Source of the DNA: Verrucomicrobiota bacterium | Lineage (GTDB): Bacteria; Verrucomicrobiota; Verrucomicrobiia; JAWXBN01; JAWXCD01 | Reading direction: 5' to 3' | Assembly (NCBI GenBank): GCA_034440535.1 | Contig: JAWXCD010000130.1 | Coordinates: 4,774 to 68,773, forward strand | Length of the DNA: 64,000 bases | Shown: in pieces, positions 42,451 to 53,418 of the stretch | How positions within the stretch are numbered: position 1 is the stretch's first letter | Layout: every line of letters starts with the position of its first letter | The notes under the pieces: generated by a model | Told to the model about the DNA's origin: nothing | The model's database searches: none | Seen by the model: the letters and a program-made list of their open reading frames with translations, nothing else | Made by a program: the position numbers and the translations under genes

Positions 42451-45400
42451 TTAGAGGGCGACCACCTGGTTCGACCTGTCGTCTCGGGTGGCACGGACAT
42501 CGAGGCAGAGCCCCTGCATTTCCTTCACAAGTACGTTAAAGGATTCAGGAGTTCCCGCTTCAAGGGCGCTATCACCTTTGACAATTGATTCGTAAATGCG
42601 CGTACGCCCTTGCGAATCGTCCGATTTAACGGTGAGCAGTTCTTGGAGAGTATAAGCAGCGCCGTAAGCCTGCATTGCCCATACTTCCATTTCCCCGAAA
42701 CGTTGTCCACCGTACTGAGCTTTACCACCCAGCGGTTGTTGAGTGACCAACGAATATGGACCCACCGCACGAGCGTGAATCTTATCCGCAACAAGGTGAC
42801 CCAATTTCAACATATAAATGTATCCGACAACAATACGTTGGTCGAAACGCTCTCCTGACCGGCCATCAAAGAGGTAAGATTTACCGTCTTCAGAAAGGCC
42901 TGCCTCTTTGAGGTAAGCTCGGATTTGTTTTTCCGAAATCCCGTCAAACACAGGCGTTGCGACACGGAAACCCAGCACCTTAGCTGCAATACCCAAGTGT
43001 GTTTCCAAGACCTGTCCTACGTTCATACGACTTGGAACGCCCAGAGGATTGAGCACGATTTCTACAGGTGTACCGTCCGGTAGAAATGGCATATCTTCCT
43101 CAGGAACAATCTTGGCAATAACGCCCTTATTCCCGTGGCGACCCGCCATTTTATCACCTACAGAAAGCTTACGCTTACTGGCGACATACACACGCACCTG
43201 CTTGATAATCCCTGGATCTACATCGTCACCACTTTCGATGGTGTCAAGAAGACGATCTTTTTCCATTTCCAGATCTTGAAACTTGCCTTCGAAACTTGAA
43301 ATAATTTCGCGAATCTTGATACGGATCGGGCTTGGATCAATTTCAACATGATCATAAACTGAAGCCAACTTACGAAGTAGTGTCTTTGTGATTTTGCGGT
43401 TAGCGGGAATAATGATTTCACCGGTTTCAGCATTCACAACATCCAACGGAATCTTTTCGCCCAACAGGATATTTGACAACGATTCAGTCAGTTCTTCAAG
43501 AAGCGTATTCTTTTTCTTCGTATAATCGTCTTCGATTTCTTTACGACGACGCTTGGCTTCTGTTTCAGTAAGCTTCACGCGTTCTACGGTTTTACCGGAA
43601 GTCACTTTCGTGCCCATCACAATACCGTAGACACCCGAAGGAACCGTCAAAGAACTGTCCTTAACGTCTGCTGCCTTTTCACCAAAGATAGCGCGCAAAA
43701 GGCGTTCCTCGGGAGAAAGTTCTGTTTCACTCTTCGGAGTAATTTTACCGACCAAAATATCGCCTGGTTTAACTTCAGCACCTACACGCACAACCCCATC
43801 ATGGCCGAGGTTTCTGAGGGCTTCTTCGCCGACATTTGGAATGTCTCGAGTAATTTCTTCAGGTCCCAGCTTTGTATCACGGGCGCCGATTTCAAATTCC
43901 TCAATATGAATGGAAGTGTAAACGTCCTCCTTGACCATCTTTTCAGAAATCAGGATAGCATCTTCGAAGTTGTATCCATTCCAAGGCATGAACGCGACAA
44001 GGACATTACGACCCAAGGCTAGTTCGCCACCTTCGGTACAAGGACCGTCAGCAATAACTTGCCCTTTCTTCACGTGTTCACCACGTTTCACCAGTGGTTT
44101 CTGGTTAATACAAGTCGCATTGTTTGAACGCATAAACTTACGCAGTTCATAAACCCAAACACCCTTATCGGGATCAGTCTTAATCTTCTTTTTGCTATCA
44201 GGAACTTTACCGTCTTCAGTAATAATGATTTCTGTTCCTGTTACAGAGGCCACCTTGCCTGAGTGCTCCGCCACAAGGACGACTTTGGAATCGCGTGCTA
44301 CACGTTCTTCCATACCCGTACCCACAATAGGCGCTTCAGTTTTCACTAATGGAACACCCTGACGTTGCATGTTCGAACCCATGAGCGCACGGTTAGCATC
44401 GTCATGCTCTAAGAAAGGAATCAAACCAGCAGCCACAGAGACAAGCTGACGTGGAGAAACATCCATGTAATCAACCTTAACAGGCTCCACTTCCATGAAA
44501 TCGCCCTTATACCGGACGGAAACACGGGGGTTAATGTAAGCACCCTGTTCGTTGATGGGAGCATTCGCTTGCGCAATGACGTAATTTTCCGCTTTATCAG
44601 CGGTCAAATAATCCACTTGCGTAGTGACTTTGCCCTTAACCACCTTGCGATAGGGAGATTCCAAGAAACCGAATTCGTTAACGCGAGCAAAAGTGCTCAG
44701 CGAAGAAATTAGACCAATGTTTGGACCTTCCGGTGTTTCAATCGGACAAATCAAACCATAGTGAGAAGAATGCACGTCGCGCACTTCGAACCCGGCACGG
44801 TCACGAGACAACCCGCCTGGTCCAAGAGCCGATAACCGGCGCTTATGAGTCAGTTCAGCAAGTGGATTCGTTTGATCCATGAATTGAGACAACTGACTGC
44901 GCCCGAAGAAGTCGCGGATCACCGCACTTAAGGCTTTCGGATTAATAAGCTTCTGTGGTGTCATCCCTTCGGTGTTCACATCAAACAACGTCATGCGTTC
45001 TTTAACCAAACGTTCCGTGCGAGCCAGACCGACTCGGCATTGATTAGCCAAAAGTTCCCCCACCGTACGAACACGACGACTGCCAAGGTGATCAATATCA
45101 TCGATGGTACCGTCAACACCCGCGCGGAGTTTTAACAAATATTTTGTAGCAGTGACAAAATCGTCGTTTTCCAGCACGCGCTGTTCAACATCGACATTCA
45201 TCGTAAGCTTTTGATTCATTTTGTAACGACCCACACGACCTAGGTCATAACGGCGAGGATCAAAAAATAACCGTTTGATCAAAGCTTTTGCGTTGGCGAC
45301 GGTGGGAGGATCTCCTGGACGGAGACGACGATAGATATCCTTCAACGCCTCTTCTTCGTTGCGCGTTGGATCTTTCTTCAGAGATTTGATGACCGTGTCG

Positions 45401-46236
45401 TCATCCTTGACGTCAACGACCTTAACGGTCGTTACACCCGTTGCGAGAATGGACCTAACAACGTTCTGTGAAAGATTAACGAAAGCTTGGGCGACAGAAA
45501 GTTCGCCGTCTTTTACGTCATGAACAAGAACCTTCGTTGAAATCTCATCGTCAGAAAGTTTTTCTGAAAGTTTAAAGTTTTCAATTGTATAAAACAACTT
45601 AAGGATTTCTTCATCTGTGCTAAACCCAAGGGCGCGCAGGAAAGTCGTTGCCAAAAACTTACGACGACGACGACGGCGATCCAAATAAATGTAAAGCAAA
45701 TCGCTCGTATCAAATTGAACTTCTAACCACGAACCACGGTCAGGAATGATGCGGAATCCGTATAATGTTTTGCCGTTAAGATGAACATTCGATTCAAAAC
45801 AAATACCAGGAGAACGATGCAACTGACTGACGACAACACGTTCTGCACCGTTAATAACAAAAGTACCGCGGTTAGTCATGAGCGGCAATTCGCCCATATA
45901 AACTGTTTCTTCCTTAGAACCCTTATCATCACGCAAACGGAAAGTGACGTGCAATGAAGCGGAAAAAGTAATGGCTTCGCGGATCGAATCAAGATCCGTG
46001 ATCTTAGGTTCACCAATCTCATAACCCACGTACTCGAGAGCACATTTCTCGTCGTAACTCGTTATCGGAAACACTTCGGTAAAGACAGCTTGTAATCCAA
46101 TATTCTTCCTTTTAGCAGATGTAAACTCCCTCTGCAGAAAGTCCGCATAAGAACGGAGTTGGATTTCGATCAAGTTTGGAACTTCAATAACGTCCCGGAG
46201 TTTTCCGAAGTATTTGCGCTCTACAGTCATGTTCAT
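42451..46236 (-). CDS. rpoB: DNA-directed RNA polymerase subunit beta
   Basis: Conserved beta-subunit blocks (GEMEVWA, rifampicin-cluster region [13 protein letters not shown]); 1261 aa. Confidence 0.98.
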   Translation of the reverse strand: MNMTVERKYFGKLRDVIEVPNLIEIQLRSYADFLQREFTSAKRKNIGLQAVFTEVFPITSYDEKCALEYVGYEIGEPKITDLDSIREAITFSASLHVTFRLRDDKGSKEETVYMGELPLMTNRGTFVINGAERVVVSQLHRSPGICFESNVHLNGKTLYGFRIIPDRGSWLEVQFDTSDLLYIYLDRRRRRRKFLATTFLRALGFSTDEEILKLFYTIENFKLSEKLSDDEISTKVLVHDVKDGELSVAQAFVNLSQNVVRSILATGVTTVKVVDVKDDDTVIKSLKKDPTRNEEEALKDIYRRLRPGDPPTVANAKALIKRLFFDPRRYDLGRVGRYKMNQKLTMNVDVEQRVLENDDFVTATKYLLKLRAGVDGTIDDIDHLGSRRVRTVGELLANQCRVGLARTERLVKERMTLFDVNTEGMTPQKLINPKALSAVIRDFFGRSQLSQFMDQTNPLAELTHKRRLSALGPGGLSRDRAGFEVRDVHSSHYGLICPIETPEGPNIGLISSLSTFARVNEFGFLESPYRKVVKGKVTTQVDYLTADKAENYVIAQANAPINEQGAYINPRVSVRYKGDFMEVEPVKVDYMDVSPRQLVSVAAGLIPFLEHDDANRALMGSNMQRQGVPLVKTEAPIVGTGMEERVARDSKVVLVAEHSGKVASVTGTEIIITEDGKVPDSKKKIKTDPDKGVWVYELRKFMRSNNATCINQKPLVKRGEHVKKGQVIADGPCTEGGELALGRNVLVAFMPWNGYNFEDAILISEKMVKEDVYTSIHIEEFEIGARDTKLGPEEITRDIPNVGEEALRNLGHDGVVRVGAEVKPGDILVGKITPKSETELSPEERLLRAIFGEKAADVKDSSLTVPSGVYGIVMGTKVTSGKTVERVKLTETEAKRRRKEIEDDYTKKKNTLLEELTESLSNILLGEKIPLDVVNAETGEIIIPANRKITKTLLRKLASVYDHVEIDPSPIRIKIREIISSFEGKFQDLEMEKDRLLDTIESGDDVDPGIIKQVRVYVASKRKLSVGDKMAGRHGNKGVIAKIVPEEDMPFLPDGTPVEIVLNPLGVPSRMNVGQVLETHLGIAAKVLGFRVATPVFDGISEKQIRAYLKEAGLSEDGKSYLFDGRSGERFDQRIVVGYIYMLKLGHLVADKIHARAVGPYSLVTQQPLGGKAQYGGQRFGEMEVWAMQAYGAAYTLQELLTVKSDDSQGRTRIYESIVKGDSALEAGTPESFNVLVKEMQGLCLDVRATRDDRSNQVVAL

Positions 46237-46319
46237 GTCAGCTTTAAAAGTTTGGCAACAGCGGCCCGGTTTACGGGTCCTTATCTGTCACTCTCTGGGT
46301 CCGATTTTATGTCATTCCT

Positions 46320-46375
46320 TTTTTATGAAGGAAAAACAAAAGCCAAACTCCCACAGGAATCGGTTAACCTGTGGG
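46320..46375 (-). promoter_or_regulatory. rplL–rpoB intergenic attenuator-like hairpin
   Basis: 8-bp perfect stem cccacagg / cctgtggg (46350..46375) with a 10-nt loop. On the mRNA strand it is followed by U-rich GAGUUUGGCUUUUGUUUUUCC. Confidence 0.45.
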
Positions 46376-46396
46376 AACCGGCGAAAATGCAAAAGA

Positions 46397-46777
46397 TTAC
46401 TGGATCTCAACTTTGGCGCCAGCTGCTTCGACTTTTTTCTTGATGTCTTCAGCTTCTTCCTTAGTGACACCTTCTTTGATGGGCTTAGGAGCAGCTTCAA
46501 CGAGGTCTTTAGCTTCTTTGAGGCCGAGGCTGGTGACAGCACGGACTTCTTTAATGACGCCAATTTTGTTCGCGCCTGTTTCCTTGAGGATAACATTAAA
46601 AGAGGTCTTCTCTTCAGCAACAGGAGCAGCAGCTCCACCTGCACCAGCAGCTGCAACAGCGGCAACGGGAGCAGCGGCGGAAACGCCCCACTTGTCTTCA
46701 AGTTTCTTTACAAGTTCTGCAGTCTCAAGAACGGTCAAACCGCTCAACTGCTCAACGATAACACTTAAATCTGCCAT
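46397..46777 (-). CDS. rplL: 50S ribosomal protein L7/L12
   Basis: [32 protein letters not shown]; Ala-rich hinge; conserved C-terminal domain. Start taken at the internal Met of track ORF 46397..46813. Confidence 0.95.
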   Translation of the reverse strand: MADLSVIVEQLSGLTVLETAELVKKLEDKWGVSAAAPVAAVAAAGAGGAAAPVAEEKTSFNVILKETGANKIGVIKEVRAVTSLGLKEAKDLVEAAPKPIKEGVTKEEAEDIKKKVEAAGAKVEIQ

Positions 46778-46907
46778 ATATATCTTTCTTTGAAGTGTCG
46801 TAGTCAACTGCACCCGCAGTTAAATTAACTCCAGTGGGCACCAGAGCTACGATTTACTTTTTATGTTTATGCCCTATTTTCTACGGTTACCCGTAAAATT
46901 TATTAAA

Positions 46908-47429
46908 TTATTCCGCACCTTGCTGTTTTTCAGAGTGCGCTTTGATGACTTGCGCGATCTGGGTAGCCGGTGTGTTAAGCAAACGAACCAACTGCGTCGA
47001 CGGAGCCAGAAGCAATCCAAGGAACTTGGACTGTAACACTTCGCGCGACGGAAGATCAGCGATGGCCTTAATCTGAGCTGCGTCAAGAAGCACATGATCA
47101 AGGATCCCAAGCTTAATTTTTGGTTTTTCGAATTCTGAAGCAAAAGTCTTCAAAATCTTAGCTGCAGCAGATATGTCTTTAGCACCCGTTACGATGGCCA
47201 TTTGACCAGCAACAGCTTCTTTCATATCCGGCAATCCAAGCTCACGCGCCGCAATTGTCAGCGCGCTATTCTTAATCACCTTATACTCAGCTTGCACACC
47301 ACGCAACCGCTTGCGCAATTCGTTAAATTGATCCACTTTTAATCCCTGATATTCAGTGACAATCAGGTATGGAGAAGCGTTTAAACGCGTCTTCAATGTT
47401 TCCACAATAATAGCTTTTTCTGCTCTCAT
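46908..47429 (-). CDS. rplJ: 50S ribosomal protein L10
   Basis: Typical L10 sequence (KAIIVETLKTRL...LIVTEYQGLKVDQFNELRKRL). Confidence 0.95.
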   Translation of the reverse strand: MRAEKAIIVETLKTRLNASPYLIVTEYQGLKVDQFNELRKRLRGVQAEYKVIKNSALTIAARELGLPDMKEAVAGQMAIVTGAKDISAAAKILKTFASEFEKPKIKLGILDHVLLDAAQIKAIADLPSREVLQSKFLGLLLAPSTQLVRLLNTPATQIAQVIKAHSEKQQGAE

Positions 47430-47446
47430 AGGTTCACTTTCTCCAA

Positions 47447-48148
47447 TTAAGCTTTTGCAAAAGTTGACACATCAAGCTTGACCGATGGACTCATCGTCGT
47501 ACTCAACACACCGGTTTGAATAAACACACCCTTTGCCGAAGCAGGGCGCGCCTTGACAATCGCGTCAAGGATCGCATTGATGTTTTGGGTCAACGCCTCA
47601 TCATCAAATGCAATCTTTCCAGCAGGAACATGCAAATTCCCTGCCTTATCGATTTTAAATTCAACACGACCAGCTTTCACTTCTTTAACAGCCTTGGCAG
47701 TGTCCTCAGTAATGGTTCCAGTTTTTGGATTTGGCATCAAACCACGTGGTCCAAGAACCTTACCCAATTTCCGGACTTCGACCATCGCTTCTGGAGTCGC
47801 CACAGCAACGTCAAAATCTTGAAAACCTTCGTTACATTTTTTGATAAGATCTTCGAACCCTACGAATTCAGCACCTGCAGCCGTAGCGGCATCTGCAGCA
47901 GCTCCACGGGCGAACACAAGCACACGCACGTTCTTTCCGCTTCCATTAGGAAGTGCGGCCGTGCCACGGACCATTTGGTCTGATTGTTTAGGGTCGACGC
48001 CTAGTTTGAGCGCGAGATCAACCGTTTCATTAAACTTTACACGGCTCATCTTTTTGAGAACTGCCACCGCGTCTTGGAGACGGTAGATTTTATTAATATC
48101 TACCGCTTTGACGGCTTCTTTATACCGTTTACTTCTTTTAGTTGCCAT
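47447..48148 (-). CDS. rplA: 50S ribosomal protein L1
   Basis: [17 protein letters not shown]...[21 protein letters not shown] canonical L1. Confidence 0.95.
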   Translation of the reverse strand: MATKRSKRYKEAVKAVDINKIYRLQDAVAVLKKMSRVKFNETVDLALKLGVDPKQSDQMVRGTAALPNGSGKNVRVLVFARGAAADAATAAGAEFVGFEDLIKKCNEGFQDFDVAVATPEAMVEVRKLGKVLGPRGLMPNPKTGTITEDTAKAVKEVKAGRVEFKIDKAGNLHVPAGKIAFDDEALTQNINAILDAIVKARPASAKGVFIQTGVLSTTMSPSVKLDVSTFAKA

Positions 48149-48246
48149 TTTTATATTTCCTTAGTGGTGCTTTCCCAGATCACCAGACCTTGGGAGGTTT
48201 CGGACTGGAATTTAACCAGCCCTACCACGGGGTTGTTTTTGTAAAA

Positions 48247-48672
48247 TTAATCGACGATTTCAATACCCGCACTGCGAGCTGTGCCAGCGATAACTCTCAT
48301 GGCAGCTTCATCGCTATTCACCATCAAGTCTTTGCGTTTGATATTGATAATATCCATCACTTGTTTTTTCGTGACTTTGCCAACCTTAACCTTGTTAGGT
48401 TCTTTGGAGGCCGTAGCCACACCAGCAGCTTTTTTTAAGAGCACAGCCGCAGGAGGAGACTTTGTGATGAATGAAAACGATTTATCTTTATAAACCGTAA
48501 TAACGACAGGAAGAATATCTCCTGCCTGTTTTTGTGTTTCAGCATTAAATTGTTTGCAGAAAGCCATGATATTGACGCCCTGTTGACCAAGTGCCGGGCC
48601 CACGGGAGGTGCTGGGTTCGCTTGACCCGCCGGAATCTGCAACCGTACCATTCCTACTATTTCTTTTGCCAT
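48247..48672 (-). CDS. rplK: 50S ribosomal protein L11
   Basis: [43 protein letters not shown] canonical L11. Confidence 0.95.
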   Translation of the reverse strand: MAKEIVGMVRLQIPAGQANPAPPVGPALGQQGVNIMAFCKQFNAETQKQAGDILPVVITVYKDKSFSFITKSPPAAVLLKKAAGVATASKEPNKVKVGKVTKKQVMDIINIKRKDLMVNSDEAAMRVIAGTARSAGIEIVD

Positions 48673-48721
48673 AAATTTTCTCTTTCTTTCTAATCTCTAA
48701 AGTATTGAAGTTTGATTTAAA

Positions 48722-49309
48722 TCAAACCTCGCGCTCAACCTGCCAATATTCCAATTCTACCGGAGTATTCCGGCCAAATATCGACACAGATACTTTTAAT
48801 TTTCCCTTTTCGACGTCAACTTCTTCCACGACCCCACTGAAGTTCAGGAAAGGTCCATCGTTGATTTTAACTTTATCAGTGACTGCGTAATCAAACTTAG
48901 GTTTAACCTTATCTTCTCTTTCAGAAATTTGAGCCAACAAGTTATCGACTTCAGACTTCTTTAATGGAGTCGGACGATCCCCGCCCACAAATCCGATAAC
49001 ACCCGGAGTTTCGCGGATAAAGTACCACGATTTTCCAATGAGCTGGTTCTTATCGTCATATAAATGCAAATTCACAAATAAATACCCCGGAAAAAGCTTG
49101 CGGGTTACTTCTGTTTTTTTGCCTTTTTTGACTTCCGACACACGTTCTGTCGGCACAAGAACCTGTTTGACCATTTCAGACATTTCTTCTGCTTTGATCC
49201 GACGCTCGATATGAGCACACACTTTATTTTCCTGACCGGAAAGTAAATGCACGCTAAACCATTGCGCCTCACCCAATACTTCTTTGCCTTCAGTCACAGG
49301 TTCGTTCAC
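48722..49309 (-). CDS. nusG: Transcription termination/antitermination factor NusG
   Basis: NGN domain (WFSVHLLSGQENKV) and C-terminal KOW (KINDGPFLNFSGVVEEVD). Confidence 0.9.
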   Translation of the reverse strand: MNEPVTEGKEVLGEAQWFSVHLLSGQENKVCAHIERRIKAEEMSEMVKQVLVPTERVSEVKKGKKTEVTRKLFPGYLFVNLHLYDDKNQLIGKSWYFIRETPGVIGFVGGDRPTPLKKSEVDNLLAQISEREDKVKPKFDYAVTDKVKINDGPFLNFSGVVEEVDVEKGKLKVSVSIFGRNTPVELEYWQVEREV

Positions 49310-49322
49310 TGTTTTTGTCCAT

Positions 49323-49655
49323 TCATATTTTCACTTTATCAATCATCCAGCTTATCCAACCATGGAATACAAAATCCACGGCAACAATAACTAGAGAAAC
49401 TATTAAACCCGCCACAATAATGACCGTAGTGGAGTTAATCAGGCTTTGATACTTAGCCATCCCCTTTTCCTTGGGATCAACCGGCCAATTACATTTTCCA
49501 AGTTCAATTTTCACTTCAATCAGGAAATTTTTAATCTGAGTGCCATGCCGCACCCAAAGGTACAAAAACAACCCCAGCAACACCACCCAAACCCCTGTTC
49601 GGATAGGATGTTCCTTGATGTAAATCATCATACCTTCCATCAATTCAAAAAACAC
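49323..49655 (-). CDS. secE: Preprotein translocase subunit SecE
   Basis: C-terminal KCNWP...STTVIIVAGLIVSLVIVAVDFVFHGWISWMI matches the SecE TM/hinge. Position between tRNA-Trp and nusG is canonical. Confidence 0.7.
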   Translation of the reverse strand: MFFELMEGMMIYIKEHPIRTGVWVVLLGLFLYLWVRHGTQIKNFLIEVKIELGKCNWPVDPKEKGMAKYQSLINSTTVIIVAGLIVSLVIVAVDFVFHGWISWMIDKVKI

Positions 49656-49674
49656 TTTTTAACTTCCTTTCAAG

Positions 49675-49750
49675 TGGCACGCCAGGAGGGACTTGAACCC
49701 CCAACAAACGGTTTTGGAGACCGCTACTCTACCAATTGAGCTACTGGCGT
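49675..49750 (-). tRNA. tRNA-Trp (anticodon CCA)
   Basis: Reverse complement folds as a cloverleaf: acceptor ACGCCAG/CUGGCGU, anticodon loop CUCCAAA, T-loop GUUCAAGUC, encoded CCA. Canonical tuf–tRNA-Trp–secE arrangement. Confidence 0.9.
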
Positions 49751-49826
49751 TCAAATTTCTCGTTGGCCTAGAGAACGAAAAACGCGGAAGCCCTTTTGGC
49801 CCCCACGTTGTCCGTCTGAATAAAAC

Positions 49827-51023
49827 CTAAGCTGTTACAATTTCAGATACACGACCAGAACCTACTGTACGACCACCCTCACGGATAGCAAAACGAAGAG
49901 TCTTCTCAATCGCGATCGGCGTAATTAATTCGACTTCAATCGAAATATTGTCGCCTGGCATAACCATTTCAACTGCAGCAGGAAGAGTAATGATCCCTGT
50001 TACGTCAGTTGTACGGAAATAAAACTGAGGACGATATCCCTTGAAGAAAGGAGTATGGCGTCCGCCTTCTTCCTTAGTCAAGATGTACACTTCGGCTTTA
50101 AACTTTGTATAACCCTTGATCGAACCTGGCTTGGCTAAAACTTGACCGCGCTCAATGTCGTTCTTTTCAACACCGCGAAGCAGCACTCCGCAATTGTCGC
50201 CCGCACGACCTTCGTCGAGAAGCTTACGAAACATTTCAATATCGGTTACTGTCGTCTTAACCGTGTCTTTAACACCCACGATTTCAACTTCTTCGCCCTT
50301 TTTGACGATACCACGCTCAATACGACCGGTCACAACTGTACCACGACCAGAGATCGAGAATACGTCTTCAACAGGCATAAGAAATGGCTTATCAATTTCA
50401 CGTGTGGGCTCAGGGATGTAACTATCGATCGCATCCATCAACTCAACAATACACTTCGTATCAGCATGAGTTGGATCGCCAGCAGCTAACGCCTTCGTCG
50501 CGGAACCACGGATGATTGGAATTTTGTCCCCAGGAAAGTCGTACGAGGAAAGCAATTCGCGCACTTCCATCTCCACAAGCTCAAGAAGCTCGGGATCATC
50601 AACCATGTCAACTTTGTTCAAAAACACAACCATGGCAGGAACACCCACCTGGCGAGCAAGAAGAATATGCTCTTTAGTTTGTGGCATCGGACCGTCAGCA
50701 GCTGAAACGACAAGAATCGCTCCGTCCATCTGAGCAGCACCAGTAATCATGTTTTTGACGTAATCAGCATGTCCCGGACAATCAACGTGAGCGTAGTGAC
50801 GCTTATCAGTCTGATACTCTTGATGCGAAGTGTTGATCGTGATACCACGTTCTTTTTCTTCAGGTGCGCTGTCGATCTGAGCATATGACCGAGCTTCGGC
50901 GAACCCTTTTTTGGCAAGAACCGTACAAATGGCAGCCGTCAATGTGGTTTTGCCGTGATCGACGTGACCGATTGTTCCCACGTTAACGTGAGGTTTATTT
51001 CTATTGAACGCTTCCTTTGCCAT
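49827..51023 (-). CDS. tuf: Elongation factor Tu
   Basis: [18 protein letters not shown] and NKVD GTPase motifs; 398 aa. Confidence 0.98.
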   Translation of the reverse strand: MAKEAFNRNKPHVNVGTIGHVDHGKTTLTAAICTVLAKKGFAEARSYAQIDSAPEEKERGITINTSHQEYQTDKRHYAHVDCPGHADYVKNMITGAAQMDGAILVVSAADGPMPQTKEHILLARQVGVPAMVVFLNKVDMVDDPELLELVEMEVRELLSSYDFPGDKIPIIRGSATKALAAGDPTHADTKCIVELMDAIDSYIPEPTREIDKPFLMPVEDVFSISGRGTVVTGRIERGIVKKGEEVEIVGVKDTVKTTVTDIEMFRKLLDEGRAGDNCGVLLRGVEKNDIERGQVLAKPGSIKGYTKFKAEVYILTKEEGGRHTPFFKGYRPQFYFRTTDVTGIITLPAAVEMVMPGDNISIEVELITPIAIEKTLRFAIREGGRTVGSGRVSEIVTA

Positions 51024-51083
51024 TGCTAACTCCTTCTAAGTTTTTGTTTATTTCGGGTTGAAAATTTTATCTTTTAATACACT

Positions 51084-51159
<76 letters not shown>

Positions 51160-51828
51160 TTTTAAATTGCAAGGCTCACATCCCTTTTTCCATAATGGAA
51201 TAAGATTTGCTAACCCCCGCTTCAAACGTAAAAAAGCCCATTGTTAAAACTCCGATTTAATAAGAATTTTAACTTGGGAGGCTCAATTGGATCAAAACAG
51301 GAACAAAAACCTAGTGAGACACAGAGAATTGTCAACAGGTTTTTAGATAAATTTATAAAAATTTCTCCCTGATGCCCAAAGACTTACAGATTTAATGCAA
51401 AATAATAAAGGCCGGAATTTCTATTTAGACAAAACTTTCCTTTAACGCCGCTTCCTTAAAATTTGATATCGCACGCGAGAGTCCAACCTCTTCCCTTATA
51501 AGCCGTGGGGCCCGCGACACGTCCATGACAATGTCGATGCATGTGTCCAAATGTGGTCCCACGAGAGTCCCAATAGATACTTGACAATAAAAACCATGAT
51601 TCGGCCCTACTAAAATTCACGCCGAAATATAAATTTCAGGGTATTGACTCATGAGCATGACAGCCATTTCCCAACCGACCTTCTTTTGAGTGGAATTGAA
51701 TACAAAAGCATAATTCGTAAACATATAAATAATTTTGATTTTGGAAAAAAGTTAATAGGATGAGATTAACCGCATATTCATTGACGAGATTCGGTTTGTG
51801 CCACCCAAGTATTCACGATATGTCGCTG

Positions 51829-52167
51829 TTATTTAATCTTTTTAGGAGATTCAAACACCACGTATTCTGTTGGCGTAACTTTTTCGTGCTCGACCGATTT
51901 ATCCATCAGCGTGACCTTACTTTTTTCAGCCACTTCGAAGACCTCCATCGTTCCCTCTTTATGCAGAATGGCTTGGCTATTTTCTGAAGTTTTAATGATA
52001 TATCCCTCTGGCAGGAACTGACCAAGGCATACTTTAATGACTCTATGATCAATCGGCGACTGAGCCGTTATTTTACCTTCGCAAGCTACAACCTTAAACA
52101 TTTGGCCATTTGCAGACTGAACACCGCACCACAAAATACCGACTAAAAGAACTCGTAATATTTTCAT
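51829..52167 (-). CDS. Small secreted protein of unknown function (112 aa)
   Basis: Signal peptide MKILRVLLVGILWCGVQSANG with no recognisable motifs. Lower GC than neighbouring core genes. Confidence 0.5.
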   Translation of the reverse strand: MKILRVLLVGILWCGVQSANGQMFKVVACEGKITAQSPIDHRVIKVCLGQFLPEGYIIKTSENSQAILHKEGTMEVFEVAEKSKVTLMDKSVEHEKVTPTEYVVFESPKKIK

Positions 52168-52368
52168 TTTTAACTTTATTGCGAAACTATATTATATGTA
52201 TAGTCGTTATGGTGATTATAACAGATATGGTAATTTTGTCAAAAAAATTTTGGCGATTGTATTTAACGTAACATTAATAATTTATAGTAATTATGCTAAT
52301 TATCAATAAAAAGGTTGATCCTTTGATTTTGACTTAACATCGTATGTGGGGTATCACCCTCCACATCT

Positions 52369-53172
52369 ATGTCTAAACAAACGGCAACTCCTCCAGAAAA
52401 ACAACAAAACACGACCATTCGCCTCGGCGATGTGGTTAATAAATACCTCGAAGCTTTCCAACGCGCTTTCGATCATCTCTGCTTTGCCCTTCCGGGGTTC
52501 CGCACAATGAGTGAACAACAATATGATGAATTCGCGCGCTCCGTCGGCGTGATGCCCATGGGTCCTCAGCGTATGAGCTTCGATAAGGCAAAAGAAGGAA
52601 CAGAAAAATATTTCCTCAACAACAGCTTGCGTGATCTCATTTCCCTTGTTGTTCTTTTCCTCGAAGACTCCCGTACCATTTCTGCTCTCATTGAATACAA
52701 AGCTTCAGGCAAAAATTCAGATGCCGAGGTCCAGAGGATCATGCGTGAAGACCGCGTTCAATTCCTCAATTTAAGCCTTCACGACAAACTTAAATCTCTC
52801 AAGGAAAAGTACGAGCTGACTTCTGAACTTGAAAATAACGTCCTCGACCTTCTCGCTGTCGTCAACTGCCTGAGCCAACGTCAAGGCGTCGTGGGTGAAC
52901 AAGACTTAAATCGCAACGATAAAATGTGCGTCAAAATCAGAACCTTGCGCATGATTCAACAACCGCTTCAGGCCGCGAGTTCCCCAGGAACAATGCCCAA
53001 CATGCAAATCTCAACGCAAATGGCTGACTCTGAAAAAACCTTTGCCGTAGGCGAAAAAATCGAGTTCTCCAAACAAGAACACATCAGCACGATTATCAGC
53101 ATGTCCATTTTCGTGACGACTTTTGCACAGTCCATTCAAACCTTCGCCAAGAAAAAAGGCGTCGCTGAATAA
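52369..53172 (+). CDS. Orphan hypothetical protein (267 aa, no recognisable domain)
   Basis: Long ORF preceded by about 200 bp of extremely AT-rich sequence and followed by a rho-independent terminator. No motifs recognised by eye. Confidence 0.55.
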   Translation: MSKQTATPPEKQQNTTIRLGDVVNKYLEAFQRAFDHLCFALPGFRTMSEQQYDEFARSVGVMPMGPQRMSFDKAKEGTEKYFLNNSLRDLISLVVLFLEDSRTISALIEYKASGKNSDAEVQRIMREDRVQFLNLSLHDKLKSLKEKYELTSELENNVLDLLAVVNCLSQRQGVVGEQDLNRNDKMCVKIRTLRMIQQPLQAASSPGTMPNMQISTQMADSEKTFAVGEKIEFSKQEHISTIISMSIFVTTFAQSIQTFAKKKGVAE

Positions 53173-53191
53173 CTCATTGTAACTTCCTTTG

Positions 53192-53224
53192 AGGCCGGCT
53201 GGGAAACCATCCGGCCTTTTTTAT
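53192..53224 (+). terminator. Rho-independent terminator (aggccgg...ccggcct + TTTTTATT)
   Basis: 7-bp GC stem immediately 3' of the 52369..53172 ORF, followed by a T-run. Confidence 0.55.
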
Positions 53225-53307
53225 TGTGCATCGGACTCCTAAATAGAGGAGCTCCGCCCGAGCCGATACAATAAGGCCTTGCTGTGATGGGTTGCCCTTA
53301 TAAAAAC

Positions 53308-53338
53308 AAAAAACCGCTCGAGTTGAGCGGTTTTTTAA
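53308..53338. terminator. Bidirectional terminator (aaaaaccgctc-gagtt-gagcggtttttt) immediately 3' of tRNA-fMet
   Basis: Symmetric hairpin flanked by A-run and T-run, so it reads as a terminator on either strand. Confidence 0.6.
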
Positions 53339-53341
53339 AAG

Positions 53342-53418
53342 TGGTTGCGGGGGTGGGATTTGAACCCACGGCCTTCAGGTTATGAGCCTGACGAGCTACC
53401 TGGCTGCTCCACCCCGCG
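53342..53418 (-). tRNA. tRNA-Met (anticodon CAT), initiator-like
   Basis: Reverse complement CGCGGGGTGGAGCAGCCAGGTAGCTCGTCAGGCTCATAACCTGAAGGCCGTGGGTTCAAATCCCACCCCCGCAACCA is near-identical in layout to E. coli tRNA-fMet, including the C1·A72 mismatch. The anticodon stem has 2 rather than 3 consecutive G-C pairs. Confidence 0.88.

Noticed and set aside
46159-46813. ORFs 46159..46443, 46214..46768, 46312..46701 and 46371..46793 across the rpoB 5' end, the rplL spacer and rplL
   Set aside because: These overlap rplL or the intergenic attenuator in alternative frames or strands. Their Ala/Ser/Lys-rich low-complexity translations are typical of frames shadowing L7/L12.
51205-51235. Possible att-like repeat of the tRNA-fMet 3' end (acccccgc...ttcaaa) at the far end of the islet
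   Set aside because: Only an 8-nt match, in inverted orientation and with segment order scrambled relative to the tRNA 3' end. This is not a convincing direct repeat.
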